Of a stretch of 60,510 bases of DNA, positions 1-9,637 are shown in pieces. The first letter of the stretch is position 1, and every line of letters starts with the position of its first letter. The stretch lies in the IMG/VR virus record IMGVR_UViG_3300010052_000208, positions 1-60,510 of that record. One strand, written 5' to 3'. The notes beneath the pieces were generated by a model, which did no database searches, was not told where the DNA came from, and saw only the letters and a program-made list of their open reading frames with translations. Made by a program: the position numbers and the translations under genes. This stretch comes from a virus. Taxonomy: Duplodnaviria > Caudoviricetes.

Positions 1-1104
1 TCAGGCCGAATGTGTCCCACGCGAGAACCAGTCGTGGGACACACTGACTCGGCTGATGGCCTTTTCGGCCAGCCGCCAGCGTTCCACCCGCCGCGTGTAA
101 ACCTCGCTCGTCTTGGCCTCCGAGTGACCGAGGATCGCCATGATGTCGTATTGGCTGCAGCCCAGCTCGGCGAGCAGCTCGGCGAGGCCCTTGCGGACCC
201 CATGCGCGGATAGGTGATGAAGGCCGGCGTCCTGGCACCATCGCTTGAACATGGCGGACATGCTATCGCCGCTCGCGTAGGCCTTACCTCCCCTCCCCAG
301 AACGTACGTTGAGCCTTGCACCTTCGGCGCTCTCGTCGCTGCCTTCAGCGGCGGCAGCAACGGCACGGCGACCTCGGTCGAGCCTTTCTTCAGCGGCTGC
401 CAGCGAACCGCCTCGATCCCTTCGATCACGCATTCATGCGCGCGGCCGAGCATCGTGAGGTCTTCGATGCGGCAGCCGGTCCAAAGCAGCACCGACATGG
501 CGACGTGCGGCTTCGTGCCGGGCGCATGCCGGGCGAAGAAAGCCTTCACGTCCGCGGCTTTCCACGGCGTCGCACCCTCCCCCTTCTGGTAGACGGCCTT
601 GATGCCCCGCGCCGGGTTCTCTCGCGTGTGTTTGCGCTCGATCGCCCAATCGTACATCACGGCGACTGCCTCGATGAACGCGTCGGCCTGGGCTGGTGTC
701 GCGCCCATTTCATCGTGCATCTCGATGAGCTTTTCATGCGGGATGAGCATCTTGCGATCGGGATCGGCGGCCAGCCGACCGAGCAGGTTGCGCTTCTTCT
801 TCAGTGTCTTATGGCTGGTCGTCCCGGCCACGACCCGCTTTTCGAGGTATTCGAAATAGGCGTTTACCAGCCAGCCAATCGACTTCGGCTTCGCGTAGTC
901 GGAGGCTGCCTTCAACGGTTCGGGCGTCTCGCCACGCCGAGCTGCAAGATACTGGCGCTGGAAATCGTCGTGGCCGGGGCCGCAATGGATGCGGATACGC
1001 TTCGCACGATCGCCGGCAGGGCGGACGCGGTAGCGCACGGCGCCCGAGGGCAGCGGCTCGTGCAACAGGCCCGGATAGTCGACTTTCACGGCAGACCTCA
1101 CCAA
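1..1104 (-). CDS. int: Tyrosine recombinase / phage integrase
   Basis: TGCR, HGVRK, LGH and VY catalytic residues (R, HxxR, H, Y). Confidence 0.95.
   Translation of the reverse strand: MVRSAVKVDYPGLLHEPLPSGAVRYRVRPAGDRAKRIRIHCGPGHDDFQRQYLAARRGETPEPLKAASDYAKPKSIGWLVNAYFEYLEKRVVAGTTSHKTLKKKRNLLGRLAADPDRKMLIPHEKLIEMHDEMGATPAQADAFIEAVAVMYDWAIERKHTRENPARGIKAVYQKGEGATPWKAADVKAFFARHAPGTKPHVAMSVLLWTGCRIEDLTMLGRAHECVIEGIEAVRWQPLKKGSTEVAVPLLPPLKAATRAPKVQGSTYVLGRGGKAYASGDSMSAMFKRWCQDAGLHHLSAHGVRKGLAELLAELGCSQYDIMAILGHSEAKTSEVYTRRVERWRLAEKAISRVSVSHDWFSRGTHSA
11..43. repeat. 11-bp perfect inverted repeat at integrase 3' end, possible integrase arm-type sites
   Basis: TGTGTCCCACG (11-21) and CGTGGGACACA (33-43). 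Confidence 0.5.
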
Positions 1105-1307
1105 TCCTTGAGGCCTCCATCCTTTTCGGACACTGGCGCGTCCTCAACGGGCCCGCACCGGATTTCAACTTTTCCACCGCTTATCCACAACGCCTGAACG
1201 TGGTGACCGGTGGCGCGCAGCGCGTTCAGCGCGGCGGTGATCGCAGCCTCGCTTGCGCGCACACGAGTGGCCGGTCGGTCGTCAGTCGAGCTCGACATCG
1301 TGCCCAT
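1098..1307 (-). CDS. Small protein overlapping int start, possible excisionase
   Basis: 69 aa, directly upstream of int; positional call only. Confidence 0.4.
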   Translation of the reverse strand: MGTMSSSTDDRPATRVRASEAAITAALNALRATGHHVQALWISGGKVEIRCGPVEDAPVSEKDGGLKDW

Positions 1308-1839
1308 CCAACCAGAGCCGGTACTTGCCGTCGATCACGCGCCAGATCTCGGCGGCCCGCGGATCGTGATCCAGCATCTTGCGCGTCGTGATCCCGCAGC
1401 GCCGCAGTATCTCGGCGCGGGCTTCCTCGGCTGTTTCGACACCGAGGAGCAGCCGGAAACTGCCTTCACCGCAACAGATCGAGGCACGCTGGGCCAGCGC
1501 ACCGCCCTTCAGGTCTGGTCCCGGCGGCGAAGCTTCGTCTTCGTCCCACGGCGGCGAATCCGAGTCGCTGGCGCCGATCGCGGGCTCTTCAATCTTGGGA
1601 GTTACCTGTGAACCTACTTGCAAGGGAGCTGCCAAGGTTTCGATTGATGGCTCCAGGGCAGGTGCCGCCGCCGGCGGCGACTCCGGGCGGGCTTCTCCCG
1701 GGTTGATCAAGTCGACCTGAAGCCAGCCCGCCAGCGTCACAGTCAGAAGCATCGTGTTCTCGCCTGGGCCGAGCAGGCCGAGCGCATCCGCAACCTCAGC
1801 AGGCGAGAAGTGATGACGGTGGATCACGGTGTGCGTCAC
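1282..1839 (-). CDS. Hypothetical phage protein
   Basis: Overlapping start/stop with neighbours in leftward operon. Confidence 0.7.
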   Translation of the reverse strand: MTHTVIHRHHFSPAEVADALGLLGPGENTMLLTVTLAGWLQVDLINPGEARPESPPAAAPALEPSIETLAAPLQVGSQVTPKIEEPAIGASDSDSPPWDEDEASPPGPDLKGGALAQRASICCGEGSFRLLLGVETAEEARAEILRRCGITTRKMLDHDPRAAEIWRVIDGKYRLWLDGHDVELD

Positions 1840-2198
1840 AGACCAATCTCCTCAAGGAAAGCGTCGAGCCCAGCCGGCTTCTCGGGGTTGAGGTAGAACG
1901 CACGCACGCGGTCCCAATGACGCCGCCAGATGGCCTGCATCTTCGTCGCCATCGTGAAGCTCTGCGGGGCACCGATGTTCGGATGGCCGAACTTGCGCCC
2001 TCTGCGCCGGTACGCGGTCCCCTTGGCTTCAAGCCGCTCGACCAGTTTCCAGCGCCGGCGAAGTTGTCGATCGCGCTGACGAACGGACGCCGGAAGCAGC
2101 TTCCAGCACTTGCCGCAGATCGTTTCCTCGTCCTCGTGCTGGCGCTTGAAGGTCCGACCGCAGCGCGGGTTGAGGCAGGGAGTCCGGCGCTCGGTCAT
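1836..2198 (-). CDS. Hypothetical protein with Cys pairs (possible Zn finger)
   Basis: CLNPRC...CGKC; coupled to neighbours. Confidence 0.65.
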   Translation of the reverse strand: MTERRTPCLNPRCGRTFKRQHEDEETICGKCWKLLPASVRQRDRQLRRRWKLVERLEAKGTAYRRRGRKFGHPNIGAPQSFTMATKMQAIWRRHWDRVRAFYLNPEKPAGLDAFLEEIGL

Positions 2199-2695
2199 AG
2201 GAAGCCCGCCTCCTTGTTCGCCTTAATGGCAGCGCGGCCAACCTTGCAAGCGCGCCGCAGGTCTGACCGATCTTCCATCGTGGCATATTCCAGAGCGAAT
2301 AGCGCCTCCGAGAGGTCGTAGGCATCGGCCGCGTTGCCTGGGCGAACACCATTCTCCTCGAAGTAACCGATCTCCTCCCACGCACCATAGGAAAGCAGCG
2401 AGCAGGCGAGCCTTGCCCCGCACTGGGTACAGGAGATGAGAGTGTCGTGCTCAGACGACCACCCACCGTCGAGGATATAGTCGCGGCGCTTGCCCCGATC
2501 GCGCTCGCGGCGACGCAGGTGCCGAACCATGAACGTGCCGCAGTCTCGGCACCACTCGTTGTTGCCGTGGTGGGTCTGATACTCGCCGCGGGGCGTGGAA
2601 ATCCAGTAAGCGGCCTTTACCTGCGCCTGCTTTGCCAGCGGGTAGAGCGCGTCAGCAAGTTCGCGAAGCTCGGGTGTGTGGACGATATCAGGCAT
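2195..2695 (-). CDS. Hypothetical protein with two CxxC motifs
   Basis: CRDC and CTQC; coupled to neighbours. Confidence 0.65.
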   Translation of the reverse strand: MPDIVHTPELRELADALYPLAKQAQVKAAYWISTPRGEYQTHHGNNEWCRDCGTFMVRHLRRRERDRGKRRDYILDGGWSSEHDTLISCTQCGARLACSLLSYGAWEEIGYFEENGVRPGNAADAYDLSEALFALEYATMEDRSDLRRACKVGRAAIKANKEAGFL

Positions 2696-3062
2696 CGGAC
2701 CTGGCCTCTCCCCATCGGATCAGGACCCCGGTGAACTCATCGATCCCGGGATGGTGCTCTCGCCAGAACGCCTTCAGGTCAGCCCAGTCGGCGAAGCCAT
2801 CAAGCATTGCGAAGTGATCGAGGTTGGCGAAGGCGACATCAGGGACGAGCACCGCGTCTCGATCGAGGACCAGCGTGATCGGCAGGACATCGCGGCAGAC
2901 CGTGCGGGCGACCAGCTCGCACTGCTTCGTCCGCATCCCGGTGTATAGCTGCAGGTCCTCGCCGACGCGCGCATGGCGTTTTCTGGGCGCGCGAATGGTC
3001 TGCCGCTTCACGCCGGAGCGGATCGGGACAACGAACCGGCGCTGGAAGGAATAGGCAACCAT
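2688..3062 (-). CDS. ASCH domain protein
   Basis: F..PIRSGVKRQTIR...LQLYTGMRT...FAMLDGF pattern. Confidence 0.75.
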   Translation of the reverse strand: MVAYSFQRRFVVPIRSGVKRQTIRAPRKRHARVGEDLQLYTGMRTKQCELVARTVCRDVLPITLVLDRDAVLVPDVAFANLDHFAMLDGFADWADLKAFWREHHPGIDEFTGVLIRWGEARSDA

Positions 3063-3080
3063 CTGACGCGCCCTGTGCTG

Positions 3081-3518
3081 CTAATTGACCGCGGCGCCAG
3101 CAGGGGCGCCCCGCTTCCGACCGAGACCCATCTTGCGCGCCAGTTCCGACCGCGCGCTGGCGTAGTTCGGCGCCACCATCGGGTAGCTGGGATCTAGACC
3201 CCACTTCTCGCGATACTGCTCGGGGGTCAGGCTGTAGTGCACGCGGATATGGCGCTTCAGCGATTTGAACTTCTTGCCGTCCTCGAGACAAATGATGAAG
3301 TCGTCGTGCACGGACCTCTTCGGGTTGACGGCCGGCTTCAACTCCGCTGCCGAAGCTGCGGGTGCGGCCGTCACCAGCGGCGCAGCGATGGCCGCGCGTG
3401 TCTGCTGAATGAACGACGGAACTTCCTCGCGCGTGATCAGGCGATTGGCGATCGCCGCAACGACGATATCGGCGGTGGCCATGATGACCTCGGTATCGGG
3501 ATTGAACTCGTCTGACAT
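3081..3518 (-). CDS. mucR: Ros/MucR family zinc-finger regulator
   Basis: ICLEDGKKFKSLKRHIRVHYSLTPEQYREKWGL..YPMVAPNY signature. Confidence 0.95.
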   Translation of the reverse strand: MSDEFNPDTEVIMATADIVVAAIANRLITREEVPSFIQQTRAAIAAPLVTAAPAASAAELKPAVNPKRSVHDDFIICLEDGKKFKSLKRHIRVHYSLTPEQYREKWGLDPSYPMVAPNYASARSELARKMGLGRKRGAPAGAAVN

Positions 3519-3531
3519 TGCCTTCTCCTTT

Positions 3532-3795
3532 TCAGCTGCTGTGTTTGCCGGTGAACCCGGTTTCGATCATCTTCTCGACAGCGGCCTGGCATCTGAGCCG
3601 GTCGCCCATCGCGCCTGTTCGGCCATAGGCCGTGCGCCCGTAGTAGGGGGATTCATCACCGCCGAATTGCTGGACGACGCCGATGACATCGCAGGCATCA
3701 TTGCGGAGTTCCCAGGCGGCGATCCTCATGAAAGGCTCGCAATCGCACGACGCCTCGCCATGCTCTCGGCAGGTGGCTTTCGCTTGCCAGCTCAT
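3532..3795 (-). CDS. Hypothetical protein
   Basis: Coupled ORF in leftward operon. Confidence 0.55.
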   Translation of the reverse strand: MSWQAKATCREHGEASCDCEPFMRIAAWELRNDACDVIGVVQQFGGDESPYYGRTAYGRTGAMGDRLRCQAAVEKMIETGFTGKHSS

Positions 3796-4031
3796 GCCGC
3801 CCGACCTCCGGCTCCCCGATTGAGCAGCACCTCAAGGTACGAAACGGTGTCACGAGCGAAGCGTTGATGCTCGCGCCAAAAGGCTGCCCCTTGACGGATT
3901 TCCGCATCGGTAACGCCGGAAGCAGGCGATGCGTTGTGGCGCGCCACAAGCTCGTCGATCTCGTCGCCGCATTCCTTGGCACGTTCGCGCCAATGCTCGA
4001 TGAGTTCCGGCAGGGGCGTCATTACCGCCAC
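3792..4031 (-). CDS. Hypothetical protein
   Basis: Coupled ORF downstream of ssb. Confidence 0.55.
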   Translation of the reverse strand: MAVMTPLPELIEHWRERAKECGDEIDELVARHNASPASGVTDAEIRQGAAFWREHQRFARDTVSYLEVLLNRGAGGRAA

Positions 4032-4519
4032 TCCGGACCGAACGGTATCTCGTCGTCGAGCTCGCGCGACGATCGGCTGCTGGTACCGCCGCTGCTACGC
4101 CCGAAGTCCCCGCCGCTGGAGCGGTCGTCTCGGCGATCATCCCGCCGATCGCCGCCGCCATCGCCCTGCCCGCGCGAATCCAGCATCTGAAGCTCGCCGC
4201 GGAACTTCTGCAGCACGATCTCGGTCGTGTAACGCTCGACGCCGTCCTTTTCCCATTTCCTGGTCTGAAGCTGGCCCTCGATGTAGACCTTCATGCCTTT
4301 CTTCAGGTATTGCTCGGCGACCTTGGCGATGTTCTCGTTGAATATCACCACCTGATGCCACTCGGTCTTTTCCTTGCGTTCGCCAGAATTCTTGTCCCGC
4401 CAGCTCTCGGACGTGGCTATGCGGAGGTTGACGACGGCGTCACCGCTGTTCATGCGCCGTATTTCCGGGTCGGCGCCGAGATTGCCGACCAGGATGACCT
4501 TGTTGACGCTGCCTGCCAT
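4022..4519 (-). CDS. ssb: Single-stranded DNA-binding protein
   Basis: [16 protein letters not shown]-terminus, acidic DDEIPF tail. Confidence 0.97.
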   Translation of the reverse strand: MAGSVNKVILVGNLGADPEIRRMNSGDAVVNLRIATSESWRDKNSGERKEKTEWHQVVIFNENIAKVAEQYLKKGMKVYIEGQLQTRKWEKDGVERYTTEIVLQKFRGELQMLDSRGQGDGGGDRRDDRRDDRSSGGDFGRSSGGTSSRSSRELDDEIPFGPEWR

Positions 4520-6280
4520 TTACTTCGTGCCTCCTGAGAATAGAAAATCTGCTGCGCGGACCATGCTGCCCGGCAAGGGGTCGATAAAACCAAGCCGGGA
4601 TACCTTGCCGACGTAGACGCCGAGGGTACTGGCTGTGCGCGACAACCCCATCTTGTCGGCCAGATCGCCGCGGCTGATCGGTTCGGGGTAAGCGGAGACG
4701 ACCAAGTCGAAGACTCGCGCCGGCTGCGCTTCCAGGAGCGCGCGGGCCATCGAGAGGACAGTCAAGCCTGCGGGCACCTTCCCTGCGGACATGCCGGCCG
4801 GCGTAGCCCGGATATGGCCTGGCGCGCCGGCTTCGACTAGACCGCGCTCGACCAGCTTTCCAATGTAGACCCCGAAGGTCGAGGCTGTCGGGCTCAGACC
4901 GGCGGTGATCGCGGCCCGTGTCCTGGCAACTTCGTCGAAGCCGATCGAATGCCACCAAACTATCGAATCGAGGGCGCGTTGAAGCGAGGCAGGCAGATCG
5001 CCGGGCTGGCTTTGGGTAGCCAGTTGACCTGAGATGGTCATTTCGGGAATCTGGTTTACCGAAGGCGATTTCGGGCTTTTGGCTGCCGGGGCAGGATTCG
5101 AACCTGCGGTCGGAGATCCAAAGTCTCCTGCCTTACCGCTTGGCGACCCGGCATCATTCAGTTGCGGAAGCGCCAGCACGCTCGTGATGGCATCCCGAAC
5201 GGAGCCGAGCTCGCGCGTCACCAGATGGGCGATGAGCGCCCGACCCTCTCGATTGCCTTCCGTCCAACCTCTCTCGTACCCGCGCTTCTCAGCCGCTTCG
5301 ATTGCCGCCGGATCGGGCATGTCGTGTTTTGGACTTTTATTTAATGCCGCAGTCAGCCTGGTGATCTCAGCCTTGAGCTTCGTGGGGTCGTTGGCCTCAG
5401 CCTCTTTGACTGCGTCGCCGATGATCGAGCGCAGTTCGTCCTGGTCGACAGGCGCGGTGTTGACGTCGACCTCGATGCCGTCGCGCGTCGGTGTCGCGGT
5501 GTTGTCGTAGGTTTTAAACTTCGGAAAGGCGATCTTCTCAAAGATACGGGCCTCGCCGGAGCAAACCCAGCCCGTCCCGGTCGGCAGCGACGAAAGGGAA
5601 CTCGCGACCGCATCCAGCGTATCCTTGCCAACGTTCGCCTTCAGCCATTTGATGACAGGCTCCTGGTCGGCCGGTGTTGTGAGACGATGCGTGATCACGG
5701 TCTCGCAGCTGCCTAAGACGGCATTGTGCAGCGCCTGCGTGCGCTGGGTGGCGACGACCAACCTGATACCTTTCGACCGGCCCGCCGTCGCCAGCTTCTT
5801 CATCCAGTGGATGGTCAGGTTTTCGACGCCGATGCCGGCGCGCTCCTTGGGCGCGAACTCGTGGGCCTCTTCAATCACGAGATAGATGACGCCCCGCGCG
5901 AACCGCATCAACGCCGGTGCGAAGTCGACAAAGAACCGCTGCAGCCCACCGGGCTCGAAGTCGGCCATGTCGATGATCGAGAGGGGGAGTTTGCCTTCCC
6001 CAACAAGCCGACCGATCACCTTGCCGGCAGACGAATGCAGGGGGACGTGGCCGCGCGGCCCGCCGAGTATCTTGAACGGCAGCCCCGGCTTCTTGCCGTC
6101 GCCGCTTGAGGTGATGCCCCACCAGTCCGACTTGATCGAGTCGAGGACGCAGACCCGGAAGCCGCCGGCAACAACTTGCTCGATCGCAAGCTTTTCGGTC
6201 GAAGTCTTGCCGCTGCCTGTCTTGCCGAGGATGGCGGTATGCTGCGCCAGCACGGCATCGGGAATCGGGTGGGGCATCAT
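4520..6280 (-). CDS. HerA/FtsK-like (DUF87-type) ATPase with probable C-terminal winged-helix domains
   Basis: Walker A GKTGSGKT, Walker B LVIEEAH, ATQR motif. Confidence 0.85.
   Translation of the reverse strand: MMPHPIPDAVLAQHTAILGKTGSGKTSTEKLAIEQVVAGGFRVCVLDSIKSDWWGITSSGDGKKPGLPFKILGGPRGHVPLHSSAGKVIGRLVGEGKLPLSIIDMADFEPGGLQRFFVDFAPALMRFARGVIYLVIEEAHEFAPKERAGIGVENLTIHWMKKLATAGRSKGIRLVVATQRTQALHNAVLGSCETVITHRLTTPADQEPVIKWLKANVGKDTLDAVASSLSSLPTGTGWVCSGEARIFEKIAFPKFKTYDNTATPTRDGIEVDVNTAPVDQDELRSIIGDAVKEAEANDPTKLKAEITRLTAALNKSPKHDMPDPAAIEAAEKRGYERGWTEGNREGRALIAHLVTRELGSVRDAITSVLALPQLNDAGSPSGKAGDFGSPTAGSNPAPAAKSPKSPSVNQIPEMTISGQLATQSQPGDLPASLQRALDSIVWWHSIGFDEVARTRAAITAGLSPTASTFGVYIGKLVERGLVEAGAPGHIRATPAGMSAGKVPAGLTVLSMARALLEAQPARVFDLVVSAYPEPISRGDLADKMGLSRTASTLGVYVGKVSRLGFIDPLPGSMVRAADFLFSGGTK
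5080..5153 (-). tRNA. tRNA-Gln(UUG) with encoded CCA, inside the ATPase CDS on the same strand
   Basis: Minus strand reads TGCCGGG TC GCC AAGCGGTAA GGC A GGAGA CT TTG GA TCTCC GACC GCAGG TTCGAAT CCTGC CCCGGCA G CCA; all four stems fully paired. Confidence 0.9.
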
Positions 6281-6291
6281 CAACGCAGCCC

Positions 6292-6483
6292 CTATGCCGA
6301 GACCAGTTCGAAGCGGTCGCCGGCCTTGTCGGTGACGACCGGCCCCTTCCCCTTCTTGCCGGCTTCGATGACGGGGACGCCGACGACCTTCAGGGCGGTG
6401 CCCTTGGCGTCGAACCCGCTGATCGAGATCGAGTTCGTCGACCTCTTGGCCGACCAGTTGAAAACCTTCTTCGGTGCTGCCAT
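6292..6483 (-). CDS. Hypothetical protein
   Basis: AAGGAG RBS, 63 aa. Confidence 0.7.
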   Translation of the reverse strand: MAAPKKVFNWSAKRSTNSISISGFDAKGTALKVVGVPVIEAGKKGKGPVVTDKAGDRFELVSA

Positions 6484-6505
6484 TTCCGTGCTCCTTTTGC
6501 GCGGC

Positions 6506-6709
6506 TCAGTGGGGTTTTTGCGTTACCGGCGCGCCGCGTTGGCGCCGGCAGCTTTCCTCGATAGTCGCCATGAGATCAGCGGCGACTCCATCGATGTCGG
6601 TCGGGATGGCTTCCGCAAACATTTTGCCGTTCCGCCAAAGCCCTATGTGCACGGAATGGCAGTGTTCGCAGAGGAAGAAGTTGATGCTCTGAGCGAGCTT
6701 GGGTTTCAT
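6506..6709 (-). CDS. Hypothetical protein with CxxC motif
   Basis: TGATG overlap with helicase gene. Confidence 0.6.
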   Translation of the reverse strand: MKPKLAQSINFFLCEHCHSVHIGLWRNGKMFAEAIPTDIDGVAADLMATIEESCRRQRGAPVTQKPH

Positions 6710-7842
6710 CACATCACCACCGTGAGTTTTTCGGCCGCGCGCGTGATCCCGGTGTAGAGCCACCGCATCCGGTCCGTGCTGAATGATCCAGATTCATCGA
6801 ACAGGCAGACGTGATCCCACTGGCTGCCCTGGCTCTTGTGCACCGTGAGTGCATAGCCGTAGTCGAATTGCTGCGTACCCCGGAGTTCCTTCCAAGGAAC
6901 CTCGTTGCCGCGCCCCTCGAAGAATTCCTCCCGCACCCGGACATCGACGGGCGTCGTCGATTCGAAATCGAGCGAGGTCACGAACATCCGGACGGAGTGA
7001 TCGTTGAGGCTGCCGCGGCGTCGCTTCTTCAACTCGACCACCCGCCACAGCCCGCCGTTGAAGATGCCCTTGTTGCGATCGTTCTTCAGGCAGACCAGCT
7101 GTTCGCCGACCTCGGGCATCGGGCTCACGAAGCCCTTCAGGTGGCGCATGCGGCCGTTGTACTGCGCCCGCGTCTTGTTGAGCCCGACGAGGACTTGATC
7201 GGCGGCCAGGACATCGTCTTGACCGAGGTCAGCCCTCTGAATGATCCTGCTATCCCCGTGGACGCCGTATTCGAGACGGCCGCCTTCACGGACATGCGTC
7301 GCCAGCCTGACTATAGGGTTCTCTGCCGCTTGACGATGGATCTCGGTCAGCATCACGTCGGGATCGGCGTCGGTGAAGAACCCGCCGCCGGTACCCTTCA
7401 CCGGCGGCAGTTGCGCGGGATCGCCGAGGACGAGGACAGGGACGCCGAACGAGAGCAAGTCCTTGCCGATCTCGGCGTCGACCATGGAGCACTCATCGAT
7501 GACAAACAGCGCGACATGGGAGAGATCGTCGACGTCCTTCAGGACGAACTTCTTAACCCCGGTGTCGGCATTGAAATCGACGTTGTAGATCGTGGCGTGG
7601 ATCGTCATGGCGTTGTGACAGCCATTGCGGCGCATCACCATCGCGGCCTTGCCGGTGTAGGCTGCGTACAGAACGTCACCGTTCAGGCCTTCGGCGAAGT
7701 GCCTGGCAAGGGTCGTCTTGCCGGTCCCGGCGTAGCCGAAGACGCGGAAGACCTGACGGCGATCGAGCCCGCTGTCATACCAGCGAGAGACCGCGTCGAG
7801 CGCTGCGGCCTGTTGGGGCGACCAGGAGCGCGACTCGGTCAT
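6709..7842 (-). CDS. RecD/Dda-like superfamily 1 helicase
   Basis: GYAGTGKT, DECSM, GDPAQLPP, HRQA, YALTVHKSQGS, YTGITRA. Confidence 0.93.
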   Translation of the reverse strand: MTESRSWSPQQAAALDAVSRWYDSGLDRRQVFRVFGYAGTGKTTLARHFAEGLNGDVLYAAYTGKAAMVMRRNGCHNAMTIHATIYNVDFNADTGVKKFVLKDVDDLSHVALFVIDECSMVDAEIGKDLLSFGVPVLVLGDPAQLPPVKGTGGGFFTDADPDVMLTEIHRQAAENPIVRLATHVREGGRLEYGVHGDSRIIQRADLGQDDVLAADQVLVGLNKTRAQYNGRMRHLKGFVSPMPEVGEQLVCLKNDRNKGIFNGGLWRVVELKKRRRGSLNDHSVRMFVTSLDFESTTPVDVRVREEFFEGRGNEVPWKELRGTQQFDYGYALTVHKSQGSQWDHVCLFDESGSFSTDRMRWLYTGITRAAEKLTVVM

Positions 7843-7996
7843 GCGCGCGCGACCTCCCTGCCCGTAGCCTTTTCGATCAGGATGCAGACCGGCTCACGCG
7901 GATTACCGCTGCCGGTGTGGAGCGTGCGCAGCCGGAATCCCCGCCGGCGAAGCCATGTCGAGATGATCGCGAAGCGGCGATCGCGCCGGCGCGACG

Positions 7997-8380
7997 TCAT
8001 TCCGACGCTCCCGGATAAACGACGACAACCTTCGACGGGTGTACCTTCTCGGCGAGCTCGGACAGCGGGTCGATGCGCTCGTGCTGTTCGATCGTCAGCT
8101 GCGGAACAGCGACCTTTGCGCCATATCGCGCCGTCCACGTAGCAAGCCATTGCGGCCAGTTCTCTGTGCTGACCTGGTCGGCCTCGTCGATCGCCGTTTG
8201 CAACCCTGGCAAAGCGGCAACAATGACAGGGGTTGCCTCGGCGCTGACGCGCGGAAGCTGATGGGTGAACAGGCTCTGACCCGTCATCCAGTTGAGAATT
8301 TCGTACACACCGCCGATCTCGCAGAGCAACCTGCCGGTCACGACGGAGAGAACGGAAGCGACGGGGAATTCCTTGGTCAT
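7997..8380 (-). CDS. Hypothetical phage protein
   Basis: Coupled ORF in operon. Confidence 0.65.
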   Translation of the reverse strand: MTKEFPVASVLSVVTGRLLCEIGGVYEILNWMTGQSLFTHQLPRVSAEATPVIVAALPGLQTAIDEADQVSTENWPQWLATWTARYGAKVAVPQLTIEQHERIDPLSELAEKVHPSKVVVVYPGASE

Positions 8381-8601
8381 GACGATACTCCCGGTTGACG
8401 GCGCAGCACGTACCCGACCCCGGCTTCGCCCCTGATGGGGACGCCGGCGGCCTTCATCTGCGCGATGTTGCGATAGAGCGAGCGCGGGCTGATCCCGAGC
8501 CGCTTGGCCAAGTCCTCGCCCCGGCAGAGCCCTGCCCTCAGGGCCTCGACGATCGCCGCCTCGTGGCGGCTGCGGCGGGTTTCAACGGAGAATGTGCTCA
8601 T
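8377..8601 (-). CDS. Stand-alone winged HTH protein (HTH_11/YafY N-terminal like)
   Basis: LAKRLGISPRSLYRNI...GVPIRGEAGVGY. Confidence 0.8.
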   Translation of the reverse strand: MSTFSVETRRSRHEAAIVEALRAGLCRGEDLAKRLGISPRSLYRNIAQMKAAGVPIRGEAGVGYVLRRQPGVSS

Positions 8602-9416
8602 TAGGCGGGGATCCCTGCGAATTGGCGGTGCCAGGCGTCGGGATCGTGCGGCGAGTTCTGTTGCACCGTTCCCTGATCGGCGCTGCGGCGCTCAAGTTCC
8701 GCGCGGGCGGTGAAGACGGTGTCGACCTTCGTCGGGTCGGTCGGCATGTTCGACTTGAAGACGATCCAGCGCAGGTAATCGAACGGGATCTCTGAGAAGT
8801 GCTTGCCGGCGTGTTCGCCGAATCCGATCTTCTTCAGCCGGACCGGGTTCTCGGTGATCTCGATGGCGCGCTCGATCGAGATCTCGCTTAGGACATCGAG
8901 CAGGATGTGGGCGGTGATCCAGGTATCAGGCCCGGCGCGGTGCGGCGGGTAGGCTCGGTCATCCCCGAGGCAGAGCCCGCGCTCGTAGCGGATCGACCCG
9001 TTGCTGTGGCTCTGCAGGTCGGGCCACAGCGTCATCGCGCATTTGAAGGTGCAGATCGCCGGCATCTTGGTCCGGACAAAGCGGACGTCGAACGCCCAGT
9101 TGTGAGAGGCCAGCATGTCGACACCGGCGACGAGTTCCGCCCTGGCTCGGTCCGGGTCGATGCCATCGACGGCGTCCCGCTCGGTGATGTGGTGGGTGGC
9201 CATGGCCGGAAAAGGGATCGGCATTCCCGGATTAACGAGCTTGCTGTGGGGGCCATCATCGATGACCCAGCCGCCTCGCGTCAGCACGATGTCTGTCCAG
9301 CCGATCTCGACCAGCTCGGCGGGATCGTCGAGCCCGGTTGTCTCCGTGTCGCATACCCTAATCAGCTTGGGCGGCACGAAGGCTGGCCGCAGAGGGAGGG
9401 GGGGATCGTCGGTCAC
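8601..9416 (-). CDS. DEDDh 3'-5' exonuclease (exonuclease X-like)
   Basis: DTETTG, HNWAFD, HRAGPD; C-terminal FGEHAGK...YLRW motif. Confidence 0.88.
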   Translation of the reverse strand: MTDDPPLPLRPAFVPPKLIRVCDTETTGLDDPAELVEIGWTDIVLTRGGWVIDDGPHSKLVNPGMPIPFPAMATHHITERDAVDGIDPDRARAELVAGVDMLASHNWAFDVRFVRTKMPAICTFKCAMTLWPDLQSHSNGSIRYERGLCLGDDRAYPPHRAGPDTWITAHILLDVLSEISIERAIEITENPVRLKKIGFGEHAGKHFSEIPFDYLRWIVFKSNMPTDPTKVDTVFTARAELERRSADQGTVQQNSPHDPDAWHRQFAGIPA

Positions 9417-9631
9417 TGGTCGTCTTCCTTGGCCGCGACAGGGCTTTTCGCCCACTCGGACGCCTCGAGCGCCGCTGCAGCCCGCTCCCACTGATCAGCT
9501 TTGGAATCTGCCTCGTACGCTCGCTTCATCGCCCGCTCCGCGTCGGCCCGGAACGCTTTTGCGGCGTCACGCTGGCTCCGGGCGTTGTTGCGCAGCAATT
9601 CCAGCGGACCGAATTCCTTGTCGTTGGCCAT
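9413..9631 (-). CDS. Hypothetical coiled-coil protein
   Basis: RBS present; overlaps exonuclease start. Confidence 0.6.
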   Translation of the reverse strand: MANDKEFGPLELLRNNARSQRDAAKAFRADAERAMKRAYEADSKADQWERAAAALEASEWAKSPVAAKEDDQ

Positions 9632-9637
9632 GGCCGC

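Noticed and set aside
1595-1636. Imperfect hairpin in the linker of 1282-1839
   Set aside because: Several mismatches; too weak to support alone.
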